Assembly: GCA_963755715.1 (NCBI GenBank)
Contig: CAVWLW010000032.1
Coordinates: 22,564-86,563, forward strand
Source of the DNA: an uncultured delta proteobacterium
Lineage (GTDB): Bacteria > Desulfobacterota > Binatia > UBA9968
Direction: 5' to 3'
DNA length: 64,000 nucleotides
Part shown: one piece after another, positions 38,899 through 50,512 of the stretch
How the letters are laid out: every line of letters starts with the position of its first letter
Position numbering within the stretch: the first letter of the stretch is position 1
The notes under the pieces: generated by a model
Seen by the model: the letters and a program-made list of their open reading frames with translations, nothing else
Database searches by the model: none
Told to the model about the DNA's origin: nothing
Made by a program: the position numbers and the translations under genes

Positions 38899-39924
38899 TC
38901 AGCTCTGCGCAAAAAAATCTTTTTCGGCTTCTTCCGGTTTTGGATAGGGACTGTTGAGCGCGAAGTCGACGGCAACGGCGATCTCGCCTTTTACTCGGCC
39001 TTCGATAGCGGCGATTTCATCGCGGCTCGCTTGTTCGGCTTCGACCAATTCACGAATGAAAATCAGCAACGGGTCGCAGGAATGATACCACTCGCGGGCT
39101 TTTTCCGGCACGCTGCTGACATCCCAGGCGAGCGAAGTGTGGGTCGGCTGCGGCACGGTGGGCCAATTGGTTTCGCTGCCGGGAAAGCGAACCGTTTGTG
39201 CTTCGATGAATTGAGGGCCTTCGCCGTCGCGGATTTTCTGCAACGCTGCGCCGATCGTCGCGTGCACGAGCCCCGCATCCATGCCGTCGATCTGCTGCGC
39301 CGGGATTTTGTAGGCTTTCGGTAAATCCGTGAGCGGATACGCAGCCATGGAAGACGATTGCGCCGCAGCCACGGCGCGGCCGGCGCCGTATTTACCGTTG
39401 TTCTCGCAGAGAAACAGCACCGGCAGTTTATAAAGCGATGCCAGATTGAAAGCTTCCGGCGCGGCGCCTTCTTCGAGCGAGCCGTCGCCAAACAGACAAA
39501 CGGTGATGCGCCCGTTTTTCTGCGCTTTCGATGCGTAGGCCGTGCCCGTCGACAGCGGAATGATGCCGGCGACGACCCCCGAGCTGTGCAGAAAGCCGAG
39601 CGACGGCGCGACCGAATGAAACGACCCGCCTTTCCCTTTATTCAGCCCGTCGGCGCGGCCGAGAATTTCGGCAAAAAGTTTCTTCGGCTCGACGCCGCGG
39701 GCGAGCAGATGGCCATGGTTTCTGTGCGTGGTGAAGAGATAGTCGTCGGCGCGCAGGCATGAGATCGCCGGCACGCCGGTGCCTTCTTGGCCAACGTAAA
39801 GATGATAGTGTCCGCCGAACACGCCTTTGTCGTGGAGCGGCACGAGATTCTCTTCGAAGTGACGAATGACAAACATCCGCCGGCACAGATCCAACAACGC
39901 TTCACGCGGTAGTTTGGGTAACAT
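38899..39924 (-). CDS. 2-oxoacid dehydrogenase E1 alpha subunit (second copy)
   Basis: …YLFTTHRNHGH… TPP motif region. Confidence 0.9.
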   Translation of the reverse strand: MLPKLPREALLDLCRRMFVIRHFEENLVPLHDKGVFGGHYHLYVGQEGTGVPAISCLRADDYLFTTHRNHGHLLARGVEPKKLFAEILGRADGLNKGKGGSFHSVAPSLGFLHSSGVVAGIIPLSTGTAYASKAQKNGRITVCLFGDGSLEEGAAPEAFNLASLYKLPVLFLCENNGKYGAGRAVAAAQSSSMAAYPLTDLPKAYKIPAQQIDGMDAGLVHATIGAALQKIRDGEGPQFIEAQTVRFPGSETNWPTVPQPTHTSLAWDVSSVPEKAREWYHSCDPLLIFIRELVEAEQASRDEIAAIEGRVKGEIAVAVDFALNSPYPKPEEAEKDFFAQS

Positions 39925-40043
39925 ATGGGTTGTGACTTATTGCAAAAGCCGGGGGCTTGTCAACGTCCGTTCGCTCGATTGACAAGGCTTCGACGGCGGG
40001 ACTAAATGCCAAATAGGAAAGGCATTCGGACGGAGGCAATTCC

Positions 40044-41044
40044 ATGATTTCAAAACGGTGGCCGTTGGTTATATTCATGGCGAGTCTTTTCGTTTCGCCT
40101 TCAGTTCTCTTCGCTCAATCCCGCGCGCTGAAAAAGGTCCAAGTCGGTGTCCCTGCGATCAGCATGGGGAACATCATCATCTACTTTACCAAAGAGGCAA
40201 AAATTTTTGAGAAGTATGGTCTCGACGTCGATCCGGTCGCGGTGGCGGGCTCCGGCATCGCTTCAAAGGCGCTGATCTCGGGCAGCGTGCTGATCTCGCC
40301 GATCGCGACGCCGACGGTCATGACCGCAGTGCTCGCCGGCTCCGACATGGTGATTTTGGCTCACACCATGCCGGGCGTCATCCAATCGCTCATGGTGCGG
40401 CCGGAGATTAAACGCGACGAAGACCTCAAAGGAAAAACCATCGGCGTGACCACCTTTGGTTCGCTCACCGATTTTCTCGTCAAGTATCTCGCCCGACAGA
40501 AGGGGCTCATACCCGGACAAGGATTTTGCGCTCCTGCAGATCGGTACCGACAGTGACCGCTTTGTGGCGCTGCAGCAGGGAAGAATCCAGGGGGCGACCT
40601 TGTCGCATCCGAATTTTATTTTCGCGCAGCGCGCCGGCTTTCACGTGCTCTGGGATTTCTTCCGCGACGTCGACTATCCCTGGAGCGAGATCGCGACCAC
40701 GCGCACCCAGATCAAGCAGGATCGCGATCTGGTCATGCGCTACATGCGCGCCCATATAGAAGGCATCGCCCGATTTCAAGCAGGAGCCTGAGCTCGCGAA
40801 GAAGGTCATCAAGAAGATGCTGCGACTGGACGACGATTCGTTAGCGCAGGAGTCTTGGGAGCTATTTGCGAAACATCGTATTGCCGCGCCGTACCCAAAC
40901 ATCAAGGGCATGAAAACGAGTTATGAGTACGTCGCGGCGACGCGACCGGACGTCTACAAACACAAGCCGGAAGAATTTATCGACTCAAGCTTTGTCGAAG
41001 AGCTCGACAAGAGCGGATTCATCAAGAAACTGTACGAGAAATAA
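40044..41044 (+). pseudogene. NMT1-like substrate-binding protein (three frame pieces)
   Basis: Paralog of 28749..29789, with frameshifts at about 40520 and 40790. Confidence 0.7.
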
Positions 41045-41053
41045 TCTGCCGGC

Positions 41054-41988
41054 ATGAAGGTTCGCATCGGAATAGCGCTCGGACAATGGCCGATTCAAGA
41101 CCACTCCGCTGACGCCATTCTCGATCTTATCGACTACTTCGAAGCGCTGGACGTCGATTCACTCTGGGTAAGCGATCGCCTGGTTTCGTCCGCACTCATT
41201 CTCGAGCCCGTTACTTTTCTCGCCTACATCGCCGGCCATTTGCGCAAAATGAAGCTCGGCACGAGCACGCTGGTGCTGCCGACGCGCAATCCGATCGTCC
41301 TCGCCAAAGAACTGGCCACACTGGACTTCCTTTCGCGGGGCCGGTTATTTCCTGCTTTCGGCTTGGGCGGCGATGAATCCAAGGATTTGCTCGCCGTTGG
41401 CGTGAACAAGAAAGAGCGCGCGGCTCGCGCCGATGAGGCGATCCGTCTCATGCGACTCCTGTGGACGGAAGAAAATATCACGTTTGAAGGAAAATTTTAT
41501 TCCGTGCAAAACGTCACGATTATGCCACGACCGTGGCAGAAAAACGGTCTGCCGATCTGGATCGGCGGGCGGAGTCAAGCGGCGCTGCGCCGCACCGGGC
41601 GTTTAGGCGACGGCTGGCTAGTCTCTTCGGTGTCGCCGGTGGAAGTCGAAGCGGGGATCAAGACGATTCGAGAACACGCCGCGGCAGCTGGACGTGAAGT
41701 TCCGGAAGATCATTATGGGGTTTTGATTCCGTTTTACTTCGCGGCGAGCGCGGAAAAAGCTTTGGAGCTTGGCGGACAGTCCGTGCGCCCGCGCGCCGAC
41801 ATGCCGATAGCGCGAATTCACCGCCTTTGGAAATTCCGATCAGGTGCGTGCAAAAGTCCAAGCCTATATCACCGCGGGTGCAACAAAATTCGTCATGCGT
41901 CCATGCGGACCGTTCGAAGCCTGGCGCGAGCAGATAGAAATGCTCGCGCGTGAGGTGATTCGGCCGCTGCAGACATCGGCTGAGTGAA
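41054..41988 (+). CDS. LLM-class (luciferase-like) flavin-dependent oxidoreductase, frameshift at about 41815
   Basis: …DSLWVSDR…LGTSTLVLP…. The C-terminus (…VRAKVQAYITAGATKFVMRPCGPFEAWREQIEMLAREVIRPL…) lies in a second frame. Confidence 0.7.
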
Positions 41989-42125
41989 GTACTCGCCAAC
42001 ATTTCACCGACCAATCGCCGAGCTGCGGATGTAGTATCAGGCACGCGGAGTTCGCCTGGATTCCCGCTAAAAGCATGCAGGAATGACGGACCCCAAACGC
42101 ACTAGTAGATTTCTTGGCAAGGCTC

Positions 42126-43124
42126 TCAGGCAGAGGTTGACTTGGTCACCAGCACTGCCGCGCCGTGAATCTTTCCAGCGCGCAAGCGATTCAACGCTTC
42201 GTTCGCTTCTTCCAGCGGAAATGTTTCTATTTCGGTGCGCACGGGAATTTTGGGCGCTAGCGCCATGAACTCTTCGCCGTCGCGGCGGGTGAGATTGGCG
42301 ACGGAGCAGATCGAGCGTTCTTCCCAGAGAATTGAGTACGGAAAAGACGGGATGTCGGTCATGTGGATGCCGCCGCAGACGACGGTGCCGCCTTTGCCGA
42401 CGGCTTTAAGAGCTTGCGGCACGAGCTCGCCTACCGGCGCAAAGATGATAGCCGCATCAAGTTTTTTCGGCGGCAGTTCGTTCGAGCCGCCGGCCCAAAC
42501 CGCACCGAGATCGAGAGCGAATTTTTTTGCTTCTTCGTCTGTGGGCCGGGTGAAAGCATAGATTTCCCGCTGTTGATACTTTGCCACTTGCGCGACGATG
42601 TGCGCGGCAGCGCCGAAGCCGTAAATGCCGAGCCGCTTGCCGTTCCCTGCTTTAACCAAACTTCGGTATCCGATCAGACCCGCGCACAAAAGTGGCGCGG
42701 CTTCCGTATCGCTATAGAAATCTGAGATCGGAAAACAGAAGCGCTGATCGGCGACAGTACATTCGGCATAGCCGCCGTCGAGCGTGTAGCCGGTGAACTT
42801 CGCCTGGTCGCAGAGATTTTCTTGCCCGCTCCGACAGTAGGCACATTGGCCACATGTCCAACCCAGCCACGGCACGCCGACGCGGTCGCCGATTTTAAAG
42901 CGAGTCACCGCGTCACCCAAATCGGCAATGGTGCCGACGATTTCATGGCCGGGCACAAGCGGCAATTTAGGCTGTGTCAATTCGCCATCGACGACGTGAA
43001 GATCCGTCCGGCACACCGCGCACGCGTGAACGTGGATCAAAACTTGGCCGGTGCCAGGCTTGGGGATTGGCAGATCCGCCAAATGCAGAGGTCGGCCGGC
43101 TTTTTCAAAGACCATGGCCCGCAT
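42126..43124 (-). CDS. Zinc-dependent alcohol dehydrogenase
   Basis: …HACAVCRTDLHVVDGE… zinc motif and a GxGxxG region. Confidence 0.9.
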   Translation of the reverse strand: MRAMVFEKAGRPLHLADLPIPKPGTGQVLIHVHACAVCRTDLHVVDGELTQPKLPLVPGHEIVGTIADLGDAVTRFKIGDRVGVPWLGWTCGQCAYCRSGQENLCDQAKFTGYTLDGGYAECTVADQRFCFPISDFYSDTEAAPLLCAGLIGYRSLVKAGNGKRLGIYGFGAAAHIVAQVAKYQQREIYAFTRPTDEEAKKFALDLGAVWAGGSNELPPKKLDAAIIFAPVGELVPQALKAVGKGGTVVCGGIHMTDIPSFPYSILWEERSICSVANLTRRDGEEFMALAPKIPVRTEIETFPLEEANEALNRLRAGKIHGAAVLVTKSTSA

Positions 43125-43177
43125 CAGTTAAATGTTTATCGAAAGTGATTTCAGAAGCCAAATGGCGGAACGCGCCA

Positions 43178-43702
43178 ATGCGCTTTTTCTTGCCGAATTC
43201 TCCTCCGTGTTATAGTGAGCGTCAATTTGCAGATACAAATCTAAGCGTGATCCAAAGGAGCGGCCAAGTGGGATACATCGAATCGAATCTGTTGCCCGAT
43301 GAGAAAATCATCTACAAAGCTAGATTGCACTGGATCATCTTTTGGAAATCGTGCGCGCTGGTAATTCTTGGAGGAATTTTTCTACTCATTCAACCGATCA
43401 TCGGCGGCGTTGTCATCTTGATCGGATTTTTTGCTTTACTTTTTCCGCTGATCGATTACGCAACATCAGAGTTCGGCGTCACCAATAAGAGGGTGATTAT
43501 CAAAGTCGGGTTTCTGCGCCGAAAAACACTGGAGTTGTTGCTACGCCACGTGGAAGCGATATCGGTGGACCAAAGCGTGATGGGCAGGTTGCTAAATTAC
43601 GGCTCCGTGACGCTCACGGGGACCGGCGGCGTGAGAGAAGTGTTTCATAATATTTCAAAGCCACTGGAGTTTCGCCGGCAGATCCAAGGGGGGGCGTCTT
43701 AA
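43178..43702 (+). CDS. Membrane protein with a bacterial PH (bPH_2/YdbS-like) domain
   Basis: Two TM helices followed by …TNKRVIIKVGFLRRKTLELLLRHVEAISVDQSVMGRLLNYGSVTLTGTGG…. Confidence 0.6.
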   Translation: MRFFLPNSPPCYSERQFADTNLSVIQRSGQVGYIESNLLPDEKIIYKARLHWIIFWKSCALVILGGIFLLIQPIIGGVVILIGFFALLFPLIDYATSEFGVTNKRVIIKVGFLRRKTLELLLRHVEAISVDQSVMGRLLNYGSVTLTGTGGVREVFHNISKPLEFRRQIQGGAS

Positions 43703-43746
43703 GGTTCTATCGACAGGTCGAATCAGTTGGACCGATCGGCGCGGCG

Positions 43747-43983
43747 TCAATCCAAGTCGATATCTCTAATCGGCTTTGTGATGGGCTCTTCTTTGGCTTT
43801 CTTGAACAGCTCTTGAAATTTCGCTTCTAACACTTTCGACCTGTTCTTTTCCGCTTCGGCGATTTTCTGATATTTTTCATCGCGCCGGCCGGCTTCTTCA
43901 TTGACCTGCTTTACCGCATCTTTCAGCGCCACCGCCATTTGCGGTTTAACCGGCAATTTATGGTCAAGAACAACGCCGAGCAC
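43747..43983 (-). CDS. Hypothetical charged/coiled-coil small protein
   Basis: No family recognised. May extend upstream (…ITCPCCDAALTIDP…). Confidence 0.3.
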   Translation of the reverse strand: MLGVVLDHKLPVKPQMAVALKDAVKQVNEEAGRRDEKYQKIAEAEKNRSKVLEAKFQELFKKAKEEPITKPIRDIDLD

Positions 43984-44116
43984 CGGATCGATTGTTAGTG
44001 CCGCATCGCAGCAGGGGCAAGTGATCTGGATTGCGTTATTAGCTTTTCGTCTGGCATGACATCGTGAGTTCCTCTCGTTTGAAACATTCGGAGGGCGGGT
44101 TCAAGCCGCCGTTTCG

Positions 44117-44485
44117 TTATCCTCTCAACTCGATCTGCTCTCCATCCGGGCCGCCGAAGACGACCCGACGCCAACCGTTTTCTCTTGGTTCGCGCGCGGC
44201 GGTATCGTGTGGGGCGCGGACCAATTTGACTCCATCCCTTTGAAGCTTTTCGATAGTCCCAGTAAAATCGTCGGTCTCAAGACAAAAGTGAAAACCCGAC
44301 ATGGTCTCGCCGGGATGATGGGTCAATTCGAGCACCGTATCGCCCAGTTTTAGGTAAGCAATCTGCAAGCCGCCGCCGGCGACCTGCTGGAAGTAGTGGC
44401 TAAAGCCGAAATGATGCTCGTAAAATTTTACCGAGCGATCCAGGTCTGACACGTGGATCGCGACATGATCGATGCGTTTGAACAT
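44117..44485 (-). CDS. VOC-family (glyoxalase/bleomycin-resistance) protein
   Basis: MFKRIDHVAIHVSDLDRSVKFYEHHFGF…. Confidence 0.75.
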   Translation of the reverse strand: MFKRIDHVAIHVSDLDRSVKFYEHHFGFSHYFQQVAGGGLQIAYLKLGDTVLELTHHPGETMSGFHFCLETDDFTGTIEKLQRDGVKLVRAPHDTAAREPRENGWRRVVFGGPDGEQIELRG

Positions 44486-44601
44486 AACTGCTTCTCCAAC
44501 TAAAAGGATAGGCTTTTCCCAGGTCAGTTTGCAAGCTTGGCTCGACGGTGTGCAAATCATGCGCAGAGCGCTAAAATAGCGGCGCGACAAATTTAATAGT
44601 T

Positions 44602-45288
44602 ATGCCTATTTTTCGACTTGTCGAGGACACGGTTTTTCCACCGCCGGATTACGCTGATCCGAGCGGTTTGATCGCCATTGGCGGCGACCTTTCCAGTGAG
44701 CGCTTACTGGAAGCTTACCGGGTTGGTATTTTTCCGTGGTATTCGGAGGATCAGCCGCTGCTCTGGTGGTCGCCCGACCCGCGTTTTGTCCTCGAACTCG
44801 ACAATTTTAAAATATCGCGCAGCTTGCAAAAGACGCTGCGAAGAGGAGTTTTTCACGTGACCTTCGACCGGGTGTTTGAGGATGTGATCGCGGCTTGCTC
44901 CGTTGTGGCCCGGGAAGGGCAAAGCGGCACTTGGATCACGCCGGAGATGCAGCAAGCTTATATTCACTTGCACGGGCTGGGTTTTGCTCATTCGGTAGAA
45001 TCCTGGTTCGAGGGTGAGCTCGTCGGCGGGCTTTACGGCGTGTCCTTGGGCAAGGCGTTTTTCGGCGAGTCGATGTTTCACCGTAAAACCGACGCGTCGA
45101 AAGTCGCGCTGGCGATCTTGGTGGAGAAACTCAAGGTCTGGGGGTTTCACTTTGTCGACTCGCAGATGACGACGGATCATATGTATCGGCTCGGCGCCAG
45201 AGAAATTTCGCGGCGGATTTTTTTGAAAAAACTGCAATCGGCGCTGCGCCATTCGACCAAGCGCGGCAAGTGGCACGTGGAAGATTGA
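44602..45288 (+). CDS. aat: Leucyl/phenylalanyl-tRNA--protein transferase
   Basis: …LIAIGGDLSSERLLEAYRVGIFPWYSEDQPLLWWSPDPRFVL…. Confidence 0.9.
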   Translation: MPIFRLVEDTVFPPPDYADPSGLIAIGGDLSSERLLEAYRVGIFPWYSEDQPLLWWSPDPRFVLELDNFKISRSLQKTLRRGVFHVTFDRVFEDVIAACSVVAREGQSGTWITPEMQQAYIHLHGLGFAHSVESWFEGELVGGLYGVSLGKAFFGESMFHRKTDASKVALAILVEKLKVWGFHFVDSQMTTDHMYRLGAREISRRIFLKKLQSALRHSTKRGKWHVED

Positions 45289-45296
45289 AACGAGGT

Positions 45297-45848
45297 TTAC
45301 GAATTTGTTTTGCTAGGGAGCGGCGCTTGCTCCACCGTGCGAACCAGAGCTTCGAGAGATTTTTCAGACGGAAATTCCAACACTAAAAGCGCGATGCTCA
45401 AAGCCGAGAGCCAATATTGATCTTGAACAAAGCGGCCAAGGATAGCCAACACCAAGCCATAGACCGCGACTGCTTCGATGATTGCGAAAATCACAACTTT
45501 GCGGGTGACGTAAGTAGACACCACGTAGGCGGCGCGTTCTTCGATGCCGCCTTTGAATTCTTCCAAGGCGCGAAAGAGCTTGGTCGCGCGCGCGGCGCGC
45601 AGGATCGCCTCGGACGATAAATTTTGTTTGCGCCAGTAGGCGTAGTAACCGAGATCGACGACGGTGAGCAGCCAAAGCACGACTCTGGCCGTCTCAGCCA
45701 AAGAGCGATTGCTGCCGATGTTGGGATTGCCCAGCACGTTGCGCGCGATCACGAGATAGATCGGGATCGAGATAACAAAGGCGCTCCACAAAATCACCGC
45801 AGCGCCGCGCTGATCGAGCAAAATTTTTCTAAACTCGGGTCGAATCAT
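45297..45848 (-). CDS. Hypothetical membrane protein
   Basis: Four to five predicted TM helices. No family recognised. Confidence 0.45.
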   Translation of the reverse strand: MIRPEFRKILLDQRGAAVILWSAFVISIPIYLVIARNVLGNPNIGSNRSLAETARVVLWLLTVVDLGYYAYWRKQNLSSEAILRAARATKLFRALEEFKGGIEERAAYVVSTYVTRKVVIFAIIEAVAVYGLVLAILGRFVQDQYWLSALSIALLVLEFPSEKSLEALVRTVEQAPLPSKTNS

Positions 45849-45992
45849 GGGTTTCCCTCATCTGCGGTCTTAGCACAGCCGAACGCGCCCTGTCTTGCGA
45901 ATGCGGAAAAATTCGTTGGCTAGCGCGATCGCCTTGTCGCCTCTGAGGCGCGGTGATATAGCCACGTTGAAAACTCACTTTTGGAGGACAAG

Positions 45993-47585
45993 ATGGCTGA
46001 GTTCGATATCGTCATCCACGGCGGCAGACTGATCGACGGCACGGGTAATCCCTGGTTTTACGGCGACCTCGGGATCAAAGACGGCAAGATCGCGTCGATC
46101 GGCAAAATTAATCCGGAAGCTGGAGCGCGGGCTATCTCGGCTAAAGACTACGTCGTGACGCCCGGCTATATCGACATGCACACGCACAGCGACCAACCGA
46201 TCGTCAACGACGGCAACGCCGAAAGCAAAGTGCGCCAGGGCGTGACGCTGGACATTATCGGCGAGAGCCAAACCGTGGCGCCGCTCGAGGGCGCGATCTT
46301 GGAAGAATACCGGGCCGAGCATCGCAAACGCAACGGCATCGAAACCGACTGGGAAACTTTTACCGGCTACTTCAATACGGTGATGCGCGGCGGTATTTCG
46401 ATCAACGTCGGTTCCGGTGTATCGCCACAACAGGTGAAACGCGTGGTTTGCGGTTTCGAAGAACGTCCGGCGAACGCCGCCGAGCAGGAGAAGATGAATC
46501 GGCTGGTGGCCCAAGCGATGGAAGAGGGCGCGCTCGGTCTTACTGCGGCTTGGCATGCCAAGGGACCGGAGAGTCCCGGTGAGGTCGTCGAGATGGCGAA
46601 AGTCGCCAAGCGCTACGGCGGTTACTACGGCGTACACGTCGGCAGCGAAGGCTTCGATATTTTTGAAGAGTTGGCCAAGACCCTGCGCATCGCGCGCGAG
46701 TCGCAGATTCCGATCCACGTTTATCATTTAAAAATGCGCGCCAAAGCCAACTGGGGACGGGTGCGCGAAGTGGTCGAACAGATCGAAGAAGCGCGGCGCG
46801 AGGGTTTGGATATTACCGCCAATCAATATCCTTACACGGCGATGCAACATCCGTGGCGCCGTCTGTTTCCGCGCTGGGTTCAAGACGGCCCGGTCGGCGA
46901 AACGATCTCGCAGTTCAAGAGTCCTTCGTTTCGCGAGCGCGTCATGAAAGATCCCGAGTTCAGCCAATATGTCGATGAACACGGCGGCTGGGAAGGTGTC
47001 GTGGCGGCGCGGTTGGATACCGCGGCCCTTAAGAAGTTCGAGGGCATGACGATCGCCGAGATCGCCAAGATCCGCGAACAGGATCCGGTGAGCACGTGCT
47101 TCGATCTGATTTACGAAGAAGGCGCGTTCATTCACGGCGTGCATCACACGATGAACGAGGACGACGTGAAGGCGGTGATGCGCGTGCCTTGGGTTTCGAT
47201 CGGCTCTGACGGCAGCGCGCTCAATCTAAAATATCCCGGCAAGCCGCACCCGCGCAGCTTCGGCACCAACCCGAGAGTGCTGGGTAAATATACGCGCGAG
47301 GAAAAAGTACTTACACTCGAAGACGCCGTGCGCAAGATGACCTCGATGCCGGCGCAAGTCCTCGGGCTCAAAGATCGCGGTCTGTTGCGCGAGGGATATT
47401 GGGGAGACGTGGTGGTGTTCGATCCGGATCGGGTCGCCGATATGGCGACCTACGAGAATCCCAAGCAGTATCCCAAAGGAATCGATTACGTATTGGTCAA
47501 CGGCTCTGTGGTGATCGACAACGGCCAGCACACCGGCGCGCGGCCGGGCAAAGTCGTATATGGGCCGGGATATGTGGGAAAATGA
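45993..47585 (+). CDS. N-acyl-D-amino-acid deacylase (D-aminoacylase) family amidohydrolase
   Basis: MAEFDIVIHGGRLIDGTGNPWFYGDLGIKDGKIASIGKI…IDMHTHSD…. Confidence 0.85.
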   Translation: MAEFDIVIHGGRLIDGTGNPWFYGDLGIKDGKIASIGKINPEAGARAISAKDYVVTPGYIDMHTHSDQPIVNDGNAESKVRQGVTLDIIGESQTVAPLEGAILEEYRAEHRKRNGIETDWETFTGYFNTVMRGGISINVGSGVSPQQVKRVVCGFEERPANAAEQEKMNRLVAQAMEEGALGLTAAWHAKGPESPGEVVEMAKVAKRYGGYYGVHVGSEGFDIFEELAKTLRIARESQIPIHVYHLKMRAKANWGRVREVVEQIEEARREGLDITANQYPYTAMQHPWRRLFPRWVQDGPVGETISQFKSPSFRERVMKDPEFSQYVDEHGGWEGVVAARLDTAALKKFEGMTIAEIAKIREQDPVSTCFDLIYEEGAFIHGVHHTMNEDDVKAVMRVPWVSIGSDGSALNLKYPGKPHPRSFGTNPRVLGKYTREEKVLTLEDAVRKMTSMPAQVLGLKDRGLLREGYWGDVVVFDPDRVADMATYENPKQYPKGIDYVLVNGSVVIDNGQHTGARPGKVVYGPGYVGK

Positions 47586-47724
47586 AAAACTGAAAAGGTA
47601 ACAGTAAAAATTAGCATTGACTTGGAACAAATCGACCGCGACTTGAGGAGACGAAGTCTTTGATCCCGGGCGCTGTTTCGGATAGCGTTCCCGCGAACTC
47701 AATTCCCTACAAGGAGGCAACCGT

Positions 47725-48699
<975 letters not shown>

Positions 48700-48758
48700 T
48701 GACACCGGAACGGACTCGTCGGCGCTGTAACAGGCGGTACGCACCGCGCATCGGCTTT

Positions 48759-49590
48759 TTAACTCTGCAGATTTTTCTTAAAAAATTCTAAAGTCCGGCC
48801 CCAGGCCTCTTTCGCCGCGTCTTCCCTATAACTCTGTGGGCTCGTGTCCGAATTGAATGAATGCGGCGCGCCGGGATAGATTTTGTACTCGAAAGATTTA
48901 CCGTACTTTTTCATCGCCTCTTCCAGTTGCGGCACGGCCGAGGTGATCGGCTCATCTGCCCCACCATATTGGCCCAAAACCGGCGCCGTAATGTTTTTAA
49001 CATCTTCAAGGTTCCGTGGATTGCTGCCGTAGTATATCACGGACGCCGCCAAGTCTTTGCTCCGCGTCGTAAAGAGCAGAGCTTTACCCCCGCCCCAACA
49101 GAAACCAATCACACCGATCTTGTTAGCGCCGACAAAACTTTGGCCTTTTAAATAATTGATTCCGCCGGTGAGATCTTTGGTGAGCGTGTCATCGTCCAAT
49201 TTTCTACCCGCCGCGATGGCCGCTTCGCTACTTGCAAACGAACTCGTTCCTCCCTGGCGCGACAAAAGGTCAGGCGCCAGCGCCACGTAACCGGCTTTGG
49301 CAAGCCTTCGCGCCACGTCCCGAGTGTGATCACTGATCCCGTCCCAGGCATGAATTACCACTACGGCGGGACGCGCAACGTCCCCTTTGGGTCGGGTGAT
49401 ATAGCCGCCGATTGCGGTTCCATCGGTCGAGGCATATTTGATCTCCGATGATGTCAATCCAGGATCGTTGGGATCCACCTGTGCGGCATGTGCGATCACC
49501 GGCGCCAGCGGATCGATCAGTAGCTTTCCCCGCCGCTAGACCCCCGGTAACCAGCACGCTCTTTTGGAGAAACTCCCGGCGCGTAACCAT
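48759..49590 (-). CDS. Dienelactone hydrolase family protein (N-terminal frameshift)
   Basis: Paralog of 49608..50486. The Tat-like leader (…RREFLQKSVLVTGGLAAG…) is in another frame. Confidence 0.7.
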
Positions 49591-49607
49591 GTCCCTACTC
49601 CTTGATG

Positions 49608-50486
49608 CTAACCTTGCAAATGTTTCTTGAAGAACTCTAACGTCCGGCCCCACGCATCCTTCGCCGCCTCTGGACGGTAACGGTCCTCCCGCACATCACT
49701 GTTAAACGCGTGCGGTGCGTCGGGGTAAATCTTATAGTCGTACGACTTGCCGTTTTTCTTCATCTCTTCCGCGAGCCTTGGCACTTGCGAAGAAATGGGT
49801 TTATCCAGCTCGCCATAGTTGCCCAAGACCGGCGCGGTAATATTTTTGACTGCATCGAGATCCTTTGGAATCGGCCCGTAGTATATAACCGTCGCCGCCA
49901 AATCTTTGCTCTGGGTGGTGAAAAGAAAAGTTTTACCGCCGCCCCAACAAAATCCGATAACTCCAATTTTGTTGGGCTGGACGAAACTTTGACTCTTGAT
50001 ATAGTTTTGCGCACCCATCAAGTCTTTCATGACGTTGTCGTCGCTGAGTTGGTTAATCGCTTTCGCGACCTCTTCTCGGCTCGCGAACGAACTAGTGCCG
50101 CCCACTCGCGAAACGACGTCCGGCACAATCGCAACGTAACCCGCTTTAGCCAATCTCCGGCCGACGTCCCGATTATGGTCGTCAAGCGCCCAGTTGTCGC
50201 TGACCACGATCACTGCCGGTCGTCTGCCATCTCCCTTCGGACGGGTAACATAGGCGTTAATTGACGCCCCGTCGTCGGCGGCATATTTAACATCCGTCGA
50301 TATCAGCGCCGGGTCGTTCGGATCCACTTGATTGGCGGCATGGACAGCAGTTGGACTCAGCGAATCGAGCAATGACGACGCAACAGCCATACTGCCCGTC
50401 CAGAGCATGGCCCGTCGTAGAAACTCTCGACGAGTGATCGTTCCCGCTCGATAACTGTCCATCAAATATTTGAGATCTTCTAGCAT
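49608..50486 (-). CDS. Dienelactone hydrolase family protein with Tat signal
   Basis: …TRREFLRRAMLWTGSMAV… plus DLH core …IGFCWGGG…. Confidence 0.85.
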   Translation of the reverse strand: MLEDLKYLMDSYRAGTITRREFLRRAMLWTGSMAVASSLLDSLSPTAVHAANQVDPNDPALISTDVKYAADDGASINAYVTRPKGDGRRPAVIVVSDNWALDDHNRDVGRRLAKAGYVAIVPDVVSRVGGTSSFASREEVAKAINQLSDDNVMKDLMGAQNYIKSQSFVQPNKIGVIGFCWGGGKTFLFTTQSKDLAATVIYYGPIPKDLDAVKNITAPVLGNYGELDKPISSQVPRLAEEMKKNGKSYDYKIYPDAPHAFNSDVREDRYRPEAAKDAWGRTLEFFKKHLQG

Positions 50487-50512
50487 GTATTCCTCCTTGT
50501 GTTTTTTGCCTG

